Origin: an uncultured Alphaproteobacteria bacterium
Lineage (GTDB): Bacteria > Pseudomonadota > Alphaproteobacteria > Rhizobiales > Hyphomicrobiaceae
DNA length: 64,000 bases
Reading direction: 5' to 3'
Assembly: GCA_963819775.1 (NCBI GenBank)
Contig: CAWFXM010000012.1
Location: 391,319-455,318 of the forward strand
In this document: positions 31,001-39,372 of the stretch, in pieces
Numbering within the stretch: the stretch's first letter is position 1
Layout of the letters: every line of letters starts with the position of its first letter
Notes under the pieces: model-generated
Seen by the model: the letters and a program-made list of their open reading frames with translations, nothing else
Databases searched by the model: none
Told to the model about the DNA's origin: nothing
Program-made: the position numbers and the translations under genes

Positions 31001-31445
31001 CCGCCCACACCGTCACCGCGACGAGCGCGAGGATGGCGAACAAACCGGTGGCGAGCAGATCCCAGCCGCCCGAGCCCTGCGCGCCCTTCTGGTTCATGCC
31101 GGTGGCGAAGCTCTCGCCGATCAGCCACGCGACGATCAGCATCACGCCCTGGATGCCGAAGGTGATCATCCCCGACAGCACCGGCTCGCCGGTGAAGTTC
31201 CGCATGCCGTCCCACGTCGTGTAGCCCGACGCCAGCGACAGCACGATGCCCGTCGATCCGAGCAGCGCCAACTGCCAGTTGGTGAAGAACGTCTCTTCGA
31301 TGGCGCGCCAGACCCGCTTCGCCGGACCCGAGGTCAGCACCAGCCCGATGCCGGCGAACACCAGAACCCCGAACAGCAGCGACGAGCCGTTGGTCAGGAC
31401 CCAGTCGACGAGCGCTTTCAAATCCATACCCAACCCTCTCAGCAA
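28088..31445 (-). CDS. Orphan large membrane protein: about 6 TM helices, a long coiled coil, a further TM helix and a duplicated C-terminal module. It is one gene split by a 1-nt shift near 30595.
   Basis: ORF 30588-31445 (TM-rich) joins ORF 28088-30580 through ..SISEKRLQ/AEAETLFTSDGWRAYDEGLSALAKAAQ. The span is 3n+1. I recognise no family. Confidence 0.6.
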
Positions 31446-31633
31446 CCCTCTCAGCGCCGCACCCCGGCCATCTGCCGCGGCGTTCGTTCGCGCTCACGCG
31501 CGCATCCCGGGCAAAATGTGTGCAAAGCCGCTGCAACACAACACCAGCCGCGCAATCTCTGGTCAAGATTGCGGCCAATGTGCGTATCATCACGATTGTG
31601 ACGTGAATGTAACCTGAAGGCTGTGGATTGCAG

Positions 31634-31756
31634 CCCGCGTCGGCGCCTGCGCCGGAGCGGCAAACAAAACCGCGTCGGCGCCTGCGCCGGAGCGGCAACA
31701 GATCGGCTAAGCTCGTCGCGCTTCGGTTGCCCACCAGCAACCGCGCCTGCGCCGCT
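31634..31756. repeat. REP-like intergenic repeat cluster (locus B), inverted relative to locus A
   Basis: ccgcgtcggcgcctgcgccggagcggcaa occurs twice (31635 and 31670), followed by gcgcttcggttgcccaccagcaaccgcgcc. The reverse complement matches 25412-25540. Confidence 0.6.
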
Positions 31757-32933
31757 ATTGCGGAACGGCTTCGAACAGCGCCGCCAGCCCCATTCCGCCC
31801 ATCGTGCCGAGCGCCGCCAGCCCGTGCGTCGGACGCCGCACACTGCCGTGCCCCTCGCCGCCGCGCACCATGTGCGTGAACAGCCGCACCGCCAGCACTG
31901 CGCCGGCGGCGCCATAGGGATGCCCGCGCACCACCGCGCCGCCATCGGGGTTGATCAGGTCGCCGTCGAGCCCGAACTCGCTCGCGAACGCCAGCGCCTG
32001 CGCCGCCGAGCTCTCGCTCAGTTCCACCACGCCGATCCGGCCTGCATCGAAATCGCCGAGCCGCGCCAACAGCTTCTTCGCCGCCTCGGCCGGTGCGCCA
32101 CCCTCGCGGTCAGGCGATACGCCCTGTGCCGCGCTGCCGATGAGCCGCAGTGCCGGCGGACGGCCCAGCCGCTGCCACTCGGCTTCCGACACCACCACTG
32201 CGAACGCTGCGCCATCGTGCATCGCGCTGGTGTTGCCCGGCGTCAGCGTCCCGTTCGGCGGCAGAAACGGCGTCAGCTTCTCGAGATCCTCGAGCCCCGG
32301 CTCGATCGCGCTCTGGTCGCGCGCCTCGTCGGCGTTGGCGCGCATCGGCACGATCTCGCCGACGAACCGCCGCCGCTCGCGCGCCGCCCCTGCTTTCATG
32401 TGTGATTTCAGCGCCCATGCGTCCTGCTGCCCGCGCGACAGGCCGAGCTTGCGCGACAGCGCCTCCGACGCCTCGAACAGTTGCGGCTCCTCGGCCTGAT
32501 CGGCGGTGCCCGGCTCGATGCGCAGGAAATGCGGGGTCTGATACAGCGTCTTCGGCTTGGCCAGCCGCCACGGCGCGGTCGACAGCGATTCCGCGCCGCC
32601 CGCCACCACCACGCCGGCCTCGCCGCAGGCGATCAGGCGGATGGCGTTGAGGATGGCTTCGAGACCCGAGCCGCACTGCCGGTCCACGGTCGATGCCGCG
32701 CAGGTTTCGCTCATTCCGGCGCTGAGCGCGATCAGCCGCGCCGGGTTGCCGCCTTCGCTGGCGTTGCCGACGATCACCTCGTCCACCGCCCGCGCCTTGA
32801 TGCCGCAATCGGCCAGCGCGGCCGCGATCACCGGCGCCGCCAGTTCCTCGACCCGCCGCGATTTGTGCAGGCCGCCGATACGGCCGAGGGCGGAACGGCG
32901 GGCGGCGACGATGTAGGCGGGGGCGGGGGGCAT
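31755..32933 (-). CDS. Acetyl-CoA C-acyl/acetyltransferase (thiolase)
   Basis: Internal start MPPAPAYIVAARRSALGRIGG. Thiolase motifs are present: VDRQCGSGLEAI (active Cys), NPDGGAVVRGHPYGAAG and GGMGLAALFE. Confidence 0.85.
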   Translation of the reverse strand: MPPAPAYIVAARRSALGRIGGLHKSRRVEELAAPVIAAALADCGIKARAVDEVIVGNASEGGNPARLIALSAGMSETCAASTVDRQCGSGLEAILNAIRLIACGEAGVVVAGGAESLSTAPWRLAKPKTLYQTPHFLRIEPGTADQAEEPQLFEASEALSRKLGLSRGQQDAWALKSHMKAGAARERRRFVGEIVPMRANADEARDQSAIEPGLEDLEKLTPFLPPNGTLTPGNTSAMHDGAAFAVVVSEAEWQRLGRPPALRLIGSAAQGVSPDREGGAPAEAAKKLLARLGDFDAGRIGVVELSESSAAQALAFASEFGLDGDLINPDGGAVVRGHPYGAAGAVLAVRLFTHMVRGGEGHGSVRRPTHGLAALGTMGGMGLAALFEAVPQ

Positions 32934-33420
32934 GGGTACGCACACTGAGGGGTTGGCGGATGTCCTGGCGCCGGCCGCACTGGCCGCGCCGCGCCGCAAG
33001 TCTCCGGCGCCAAGCTGGAAGACCATGCAATGAAGGCAAAAGAGCGAAGTTCCGGCGACGGTCGCGTGCTGAAATTTCGTGCAGCCCGGCACGAGCCCGG
33101 CCTCCCCTGCCGCTCGAGCTTGGTCCCGGCCAGCCTTGGCCTCCACAACCGCCAATCAATTCTCGCCGATCGCACCTTCGCACCGTGTAGGTTGGGTCAA
33201 GCTTTCGCGCGACCCAACATGGCTGGCACCGCTCGACGATGTCGGGTCGCGCGACTGGGCGTCCAAGCTCCGCATGGACGGCTTGACCCACCCTAATGTG
33301 CGCCGGTACGACTGATGGCCCGGCGGCCGTCCCGGCACACCACTCCAGACGTTGCCACACCGCGCATTCGACGTGCTATAGCTGTGCCCTGCCGCGCCGC
33401 CCCCAGGTTCCGGATCACGC

Positions 33421-34032
33421 ATGCCAGACACGCAATCCAAGCTACTCTTTCCGCCGCCGGGCCCCCACAACGCCCGCCGTGTCGAACAGGCCATGAAGCG
33501 CGCCGAGGCGATCTTCGACGAGAAGAGCCTGCGCTTCACCAAGCTCCGCCAGCAGGTGTTCGAGGAAATCGTTGCCGCCCACGGCTCGGTCGGGGCCTAC
33601 GACATCCTCGGCCGCATCGCCGACCGCGGCACCCGGCTCGCGCCGATCTCGGTCTACCGCGCGCTCGACGCGCTGCTCGAAGCCGGCGTCATCCACCGCC
33701 TCGAAAGCAAGAACGCGTTCTTCGCCTGCCGCCGGCTGCATTCGGACGATTTCGTCACCGGCCGCCGGCCGCTGTTCCTCAGCTGCGAAAAATGCGGCGC
33801 CGTCGCCGAGGTCGACAGCGAGGGCATTTTCGACATCGTCGAAAAGGTCGCCAAATCCGCCCAGTTCAAGCCGCGCGTCAAGTTCGTCGAGGTGACGGGC
33901 ACCTGCCCGCGCTGCGCCGAAGCCGAAGCCGCCGCAGCAGCGGCCGGCGCGCACGCCGACAGCGCCACCAAGCCGGCCGCCGAGCGCGGCAAATCCGGCC
34001 AGGCTGCCAAATCCAGGCCGGCTGCACGGTGA
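33421..34032 (+). CDS. zur: Zinc uptake regulator, Fur family
   Basis: 203-aa ORF with a Fur-like winged helix (SVYRALDALLEAGVIHRLE) and Cys pairs (CEKCG, CPRC). It lies directly upstream of znuC and znuB. Confidence 0.8.
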   Translation: MPDTQSKLLFPPPGPHNARRVEQAMKRAEAIFDEKSLRFTKLRQQVFEEIVAAHGSVGAYDILGRIADRGTRLAPISVYRALDALLEAGVIHRLESKNAFFACRRLHSDDFVTGRRPLFLSCEKCGAVAEVDSEGIFDIVEKVAKSAQFKPRVKFVEVTGTCPRCAEAEAAAAAAGAHADSATKPAAERGKSGQAAKSRPAAR

Positions 34033-35021
34033 TGCCGCCCCCCGTCCGCGCCGATCACGTCAACGACGGCCACGTCCACGACGGCTGTTGCGGTCACGAC
34101 CATGCACATGGCCATCACCACCACGGGCCCGCGTCCGTCGATACCGTTCTGCCGGAGGCGCGCGTCGACCCGACCGCGCTGCTCTCTGGCCGCGGTCTCG
34201 CCATCGAGCGCGGCGGCCGCCGCATCCTGACCGGCGTCGACATCGACATCCGCCCGCGCGAGATCGTCACCGTCATCGGCCCCAACGGTGCTGGCAAAAC
34301 GACGCTGGTCCGCCTGCTGCTCGGCCTCGACGCGCCCGACCGCGGCACGGTGCATCGCCGCGCCGATCTCGTCATCGGCTACGCGCCGCAGCGCTTCGAC
34401 ATCGACCGCGCGCTGCCGATGACCGTCGATCGCTTCCTCCGGCTCGGCCAGTCCTGGTCCGGCGGCTCCATATCCGGGCCCCAGGTCCGCGACGCCCTCG
34501 CCGAGGTCGGCGCGTCGCATGTCGCAGCCCAGCAGATGACCAGCCTGTCGGGCGGCGAATTGCAGCGCGTCGTGCTCGCCCGCGCCCTGCTGCGCTCACC
34601 CAATCTTCTTGTTCTTGATGAGCCCGTTCGCGGCGTCGATTATGCCGGCGAGGCCGAGCTCTACACGCTGATCGGCACGCTGCGCGACGCACGCGGTCTC
34701 GGCGTGCTGCTGGTCAGCCACGACCTCCACGTCGTCATGGCGGCGAGCAACCGCGTCGTCTGCCTCAATCGCCACGTCTGCTGCTCCGGCGTGCCCGAGA
34801 CCGTCGCCCAGCACCCCGAGTATGTCCGCCTGTTCGGCGCCGAGGCCGCCCGCGCCATCGCCGTCTATCATCACAACCACGATCACCGGCACGATCTCGG
34901 CGGCGATCCAACGCCGGACCCGGGCGTAACAAAAAGCCTTCCGGACCCGGGCGTAACAAAAAGCCTTCCGGACCCGGGCATGGCCACCGGTTCAGCCGAC
35001 ACCGGCGAGGGGCCGCGCTGA
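34032..35021 (+). CDS. znuC: Zinc ABC transporter ATP-binding protein with His/Cys-rich N- and C-terminal tails
   Basis: The ATG overlaps the zur stop. Motifs: Walker A GPNGAGKTT, signature LSGGELQR and Walker B LLVLDEP. The tails are HVNDGHVHDGCCGHDHAHGHHHHG and YHHNHDHRHD. Confidence 0.85.
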   Translation: MPPPVRADHVNDGHVHDGCCGHDHAHGHHHHGPASVDTVLPEARVDPTALLSGRGLAIERGGRRILTGVDIDIRPREIVTVIGPNGAGKTTLVRLLLGLDAPDRGTVHRRADLVIGYAPQRFDIDRALPMTVDRFLRLGQSWSGGSISGPQVRDALAEVGASHVAAQQMTSLSGGELQRVVLARALLRSPNLLVLDEPVRGVDYAGEAELYTLIGTLRDARGLGVLLVSHDLHVVMAASNRVVCLNRHVCCSGVPETVAQHPEYVRLFGAEAARAIAVYHHNHDHRHDLGGDPTPDPGVTKSLPDPGVTKSLPDPGMATGSADTGEGPR

Positions 35022-35818
35022 TGGAACCCTATCTGTTGCGCGCGCTCGCGGCCGGCATCGGCCTCGCCATCGTCGCCGCGCCGCTCGGCTGCTTCGTGGT
35101 CTGGAACCGCATGGCCTACTTCGGCGAGACCGTCGCGCAAGCCAGCCTGCTCGGCGTCGCGCTCGGCCTCATGTTCCAGCTCGATCTGACCATCAGCGTG
35201 CTCCTCGTCGCTCTCGTCGTCGCCGGGCTGCTGATCCTCGCCGGACGCCAGAAGGCGGTGCCGGTCGATTCGATCCTCGGCCTCATGCATTTCGGCGCGC
35301 TCGCCGCCGGCGTCATCGCCACCGCTCTCGTGCGCGGCCCCTCGGTCGATCTGATGGGCTACCTGTTCGGCGACGTGTTCGCCGTCACCGGCGTCGATCT
35401 CGTCTGGGTCTACGGCGGCGGCGCGCTGGCGCTCGCGGCCATGGCCTGGCTGTGGTCGTCGCTGCTCCGCCTCGCCGTGCACGAGGAGCTGGCCACCGCC
35501 GAGGGCGTCGATCGCGACCGCGTGCGCATCGCCTTCACGCTGATCCTCGCACTGACCATCGCCATCGGCATGAAGATCGTCGGCATCCTGCTGGTCATCG
35601 CGTTTCTCATCGTGCCGTCCGTCGCCGCGCGGCCGTTCTCGGCAACGCCCGAACGTATGGTCGTGCTCTCGGCGCTCGCCGGCATCGCCAGCACGCTGCT
35701 CGGTCTCGGCCTGTCGCTCTCCACCGACGCCCCCGGCGGCCCGTCGATCGTTCTGGTCATGGCCATCCTCGCGGCACTGTCGCTGGCGCTCGGCACCACA
35801 TCTCGCCGCGCGCGCTGA
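35021..35818 (+). CDS. znuB: Zinc ABC transporter permease (ABC-3 family)
   Basis: 265-aa ORF with an ATGA overlap with znuC. It is multi-TM and ZnuB-like (MEPYLLRALAAGIGLAIVAAPLGCFVVWNRMAYFGE). Confidence 0.85.
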   Translation: MEPYLLRALAAGIGLAIVAAPLGCFVVWNRMAYFGETVAQASLLGVALGLMFQLDLTISVLLVALVVAGLLILAGRQKAVPVDSILGLMHFGALAAGVIATALVRGPSVDLMGYLFGDVFAVTGVDLVWVYGGGALALAAMAWLWSSLLRLAVHEELATAEGVDRDRVRIAFTLILALTIAIGMKIVGILLVIAFLIVPSVAARPFSATPERMVVLSALAGIASTLLGLGLSLSTDAPGGPSIVLVMAILAALSLALGTTSRRAR

Positions 35819-35916
35819 CCCGCCCGTTCACCGTCCGTCCGCTGCCGGGTGCTCTCGGCCAAGAAATCGGGCATGATCGCTCAGCCGCGACGCCATCGGT
35901 CCAGTTCCGGAGCCAC

Positions 35917-36636
35917 ATGCATCTCGATGTCGAAACCGTGCGCGACTTCTACGCCACCCCGCTCGGCCAGGTGGTCCGCCGCCTGCTCGGCCATCAGGTC
36001 CGCGCGCGCTGGCAGAGCGTCAAGGGCCAGACCGTCATGGGCCTCGGCTATCCGACGCCCTATCTCGGCATCTACCGCACCGAAGCGCGGCGCGTCGGCG
36101 CCATGATGCCGGCCGCCCAGGGCGCGCTGGTGTGGCCATCCAGCGGCCTCGTCCGCAGCGTGCTCGTCGAGGAGACGCACCTGCCGCTGCCCGACAACAC
36201 CGTCGATCGCCTGCTCGCCGTCCACTGCCTCGAACAGGCCGAGCGGCCGGGGCCACTGTTGCGCGAGATCTGGCGCGTGCTCGCTCCCGAAGGCTCGCTG
36301 GTGCTGATCGTGCCCAACCGGCGCGGCGTCTGGGCCCGGCTCGATCGCACGCCCTTCGGCCATGGCCGGCCCTACAGCCGTGGCCAGCTGCAGCAGTTGC
36401 TCACCGACGCTTTGTTCACACCGGTCGCGTGGAGCAACGCACTGCACATTCCGCCGGTCGATCACCGCTTCATCCTGCATCGCTCCGCCGGTGCCTGGGA
36501 GCGGCTCGCGGGCCGGGTCTCGCCGAGCTTCGGCGGCGTCATCATCGTCGAAGCCAAAAAGGAAATGATGGCCCCCATCGGCAAAGTCGTCCGCGCCCGC
36601 GCCATCCGCGGCCTAGCCCCGGTGAAAGGCGGGTGA
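35917..36636 (+). CDS. Class I SAM-dependent methyltransferase family protein
   Basis: In-frame start MHLDVETVRDFY within ORF 35452-36636, with a Methyltransf_11-like core (VDRLLAVHCLEQAERPGPLLREIWRVLAPEGSLVLIVPN). Confidence 0.65.
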   Translation: MHLDVETVRDFYATPLGQVVRRLLGHQVRARWQSVKGQTVMGLGYPTPYLGIYRTEARRVGAMMPAAQGALVWPSSGLVRSVLVEETHLPLPDNTVDRLLAVHCLEQAERPGPLLREIWRVLAPEGSLVLIVPNRRGVWARLDRTPFGHGRPYSRGQLQQLLTDALFTPVAWSNALHIPPVDHRFILHRSAGAWERLAGRVSPSFGGVIIVEAKKEMMAPIGKVVRARAIRGLAPVKGG

Positions 36637-36732
36637 AGCGGCGCAATGGTCATGGCCCTGTGCCGCGATCCCCCGCCACCCTGTCACCTGCAAGCCCTGT
36701 CACCGATAACCGGCGCCTTCCCGCCCTTCCCC

Positions 36733-37173
36733 TCACGGCTTCTCGATGAAGGTGCTGGCGATCATCGAGCACAGTCGCGTCATGACGACGAAGCCCGACT
36801 GCGGGTGCCGGCCGAGCACCTCGAGCAGCGCGTCGCCGTTGATCGACAGCAGTTTGCAGTCCTCGAGACATTTGGCGTTGCCCAGCCGCTTCGGATGCTC
36901 GGGCACCAGCGCTGCCCAGCCGAAAATCATGTGCCGCTTCATCAGCGTCTCGACGTGCAGGTGTCCGACCCCCGACTTGGTGGTGAAGCTGACGAGCCCC
37001 TTCACCAGCACGTACATGTCGAGCGCCTGGTCGCCCGCCTCGTAGATGCTCTCGCCCCGCTTGCCGTCGCGCTCGACGACGACGCGCGCGATGCCGGCGA
37101 GTGCTTCGGGCGAGCATCCCGCGAATAGCGGAATCTCGTTCAGCATTTCTTTGATGTGAACCTGGTCGAGCAT
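36733..37173 (-). CDS. Cyclic nucleotide-binding domain protein (single domain)
   Basis: The start is MLDQVHIKEMLNEIPLFAGCSPEAL. It has a cNMP-binding beta-roll pattern (GESIYEAGDQALDMYVLVKGLV...FGWAALV). Confidence 0.7.
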   Translation of the reverse strand: MLDQVHIKEMLNEIPLFAGCSPEALAGIARVVVERDGKRGESIYEAGDQALDMYVLVKGLVSFTTKSGVGHLHVETLMKRHMIFGWAALVPEHPKRLGNAKCLEDCKLLSINGDALLEVLGRHPQSGFVVMTRLCSMIASTFIEKP

Positions 37174-37565
37174 GGCGGAGCGCTCCGGGCTGGGCGGTCG
37201 GGTGATGGGCTGCCCAATACTTGTGCGCCCGCAGTCGCCGCGCATCCAATCGACGCCGCCAATGGGGAGTAAGCGACAGGCTGGCCGCGCTCGCACCATC
37301 CGTGATCGCTTGTGGTGGTCGTATGCGGCCCGATCGTCATGCGCTTCGCCTCGGCGCGGCCTTCATGTCGTGTCGCGCACGTGCGGGTGAACATCGCAAG
37401 CGAGCAATTTCAATGACTTACAAAACGGAGTTATCCACGCCGAACATGCCGGGCCGCAAGGGTGAACAACCTCCGCGCGCAGCCAAGTGCGGCCGCTGGG
37501 TCAGCACGTCCTGCCATCCAGAGTTGCAGTTTTGAATGCGGAAATGGGCGCCGGTTCCGCGCGGC

Positions 37566-38426
37566 TCAGCTCGCCGGGCCGACGGTGAAGGCGTGGCGCC
37601 ACTCGGCGCCGTCGCTGTCCTTCATCGTCACGTCGAGCTTGTCCGCGCCGCCGGCCGGGAAATCGAACTCGATCGTCGGGTTCTCGCTCAGTGTGATGCT
37701 GCCGTCCATCTCGAGCACGCGGTCGTCGCCCTTGCGCACTTCGAGCCTGGAGACCACGCGCAGCGGAATATAGAGCAGCGTCATCTGATCGAGCGCCATG
37801 CCGGTGTGGTTGGGATGGCGGATGTCGAGACGGACGCGCTGGTCGATCTGCGTCGCCGCAACCGAGGTCGGCGCGGGCGCGAGCTTCATCTTGCCCATGT
37901 TGGCGGCGATCTCGGCCGGGTCGCCCGTCGGCGGAGCCGAGCACGCCGACTGGCCGCCGGCGAATTTGACGAGCGTCGAGACCATGCTGAGGCGGCCCTG
38001 GCCGTCCTCGACGATGGCGCGGATGAAGCTTTCCTGGTTGAGCCGTATTTTGGTGGACAGGCTGACGTGGCTGCGGTCGCCGCCGAGTTTGAATGCGGCT
38101 GCGACGGGCGACGGATTCTCGTCGACGACCAGCGTTACGGCGCGGATGCTGCGGCCATCGGGCAAACGGGCCTCGATCGACACCGGCACGGCGCGCACGT
38201 CGTCGGGCCGATACGGGGCTTTGATGCTGATGATGCCGGCGCCGTCTTCGATCGGGCGGGTTCCGAACACTTCACTCCGTAAGCCGTTCCACGTCGAGCC
38301 AGCCGAGGCCGGGCTCGACGGCACGAGCGCGACCATGGCCAGCGCACCGAGAACCGCGGTCTTCCACGTCTTGGCTCGAAATCTCGGCACGGCAAATTCT
38401 CCCGGAAAGGGGCGCAATTTCTCCAC
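37566..38426 (-). CDS. SoxY/SoxZ-like fused sulfur-carrier-type periplasmic protein
   Basis: 286-aa ORF with a signal peptide. The SoxY-like half ends in FAGGQSACSAP. The SoxZ-like half has VRLDIRHPNHTGMALDQ. Confidence 0.55.
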   Translation of the reverse strand: MEKLRPFPGEFAVPRFRAKTWKTAVLGALAMVALVPSSPASAGSTWNGLRSEVFGTRPIEDGAGIISIKAPYRPDDVRAVPVSIEARLPDGRSIRAVTLVVDENPSPVAAAFKLGGDRSHVSLSTKIRLNQESFIRAIVEDGQGRLSMVSTLVKFAGGQSACSAPPTGDPAEIAANMGKMKLAPAPTSVAATQIDQRVRLDIRHPNHTGMALDQMTLLYIPLRVVSRLEVRKGDDRVLEMDGSITLSENPTIEFDFPAGGADKLDVTMKDSDGAEWRHAFTVGPAS

Positions 38427-38512
38427 GAATGCTCATGGCAGTCGGCCGGGAAGTCAAGCGCCGACCGGCTGCCGTCCGATCACATCTCCTTGTCGAGGCT
38501 AATGGGTCGAGG

Positions 38513-39232
38513 CTAATGGGTCATCGCCGGTCGCCAGCCGGCGGCCAATGCGTCGGCCTCGGTGCAGAACCAGCGCTCGCCGCGCCCGATGTCGACCTTG
38601 ACCCGGCTGTACCAGGGGCTCCACGGCAGATGATAGATGTGGCCCTTGTTCGAGACGTTGCCCTTGATCGCACAACCTTCAGGTGCGTCGGGCGCGGCGC
38701 TCGTCCACCTGTGCTCGCGGAAAACCCACGGCGGATCGGCCTCTCCCTGCCACACGCCTGCGGCCGTCGCGCGGGCCTCGGCCTCGACCGCGACGAACAA
38801 GGTCGAGTACTTCACGAATGCCCAGGCAAAGCCCCGGCGCACCATCTCGGAGTTGAGATCGATCGCGCCGGCGCGGCACAGACCGAGTGTCCGGCCATAT
38901 TTGTCGGTGCCGCTCGGCGTGCAATCGACCGTTTGATTTCCGATCATCTTTTCAAGGGCGTTGGAGGCGGCGCTGCCGCAGTTCCAGGTGCCGCCGCCGC
39001 GCTGTCCGCAGCTCTGGCCCAACTCCGGCGCATCGATGCCTTCGAGCCGGACCCGCACGCTGCCGACGTCGATCGTGTCGCCATCGATGACCCGCGCCGG
39101 GCCGATGATCGGATCGGATTGCGATCGCGCAGCCTCGGAGCGAGGGATGGAATGGAGGGTGAAAAAAAGGGTGCCGACCAGCGCCAACGCCACCGATGAG
39201 CACACCGACTTTACGATTACAAATTCACTCAT
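38513..39232 (-). CDS. Secreted thermonuclease (staphylococcal nuclease family) with a C-terminal Cys/Trp-containing small domain
   Basis: SNase motifs VIDGDTIDVGSVRVRLEGIDAPE and DKYGRTLG..NSEMVRRGFAW. The tail is CAIKGNVSNKGHIYHLPWSPWYSRVKVDIGRGERWFCTEADALAAGWRPA. Confidence 0.8.
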   Translation of the reverse strand: MSEFVIVKSVCSSVALALVGTLFFTLHSIPRSEAARSQSDPIIGPARVIDGDTIDVGSVRVRLEGIDAPELGQSCGQRGGGTWNCGSAASNALEKMIGNQTVDCTPSGTDKYGRTLGLCRAGAIDLNSEMVRRGFAWAFVKYSTLFVAVEAEARATAAGVWQGEADPPWVFREHRWTSAAPDAPEGCAIKGNVSNKGHIYHLPWSPWYSRVKVDIGRGERWFCTEADALAAGWRPAMTH

Positions 39233-39372
39233 AAATTGAATCTGAACGATTCGTGTGGCGCAACCTAGGCGGAAATATGAATGCGTTATACAACCTTAAT
39301 AGAGTCTTGAGCGTGGCTATACTGCGCCATTTTCGAGTCGCCGCGCCAGCCAGCGCGTCGGCTGAATGCGAC

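Noticed and set aside
25405-31756. A composite transposon or genomic island bounded by the inverted repeat clusters.
   Set aside because: There is no transposase, integrase, tRNA target or target-site duplication. The repeats look like REP/BIME-type hairpin elements at gene ends. I kept this only as a low-key rearrangement hypothesis.
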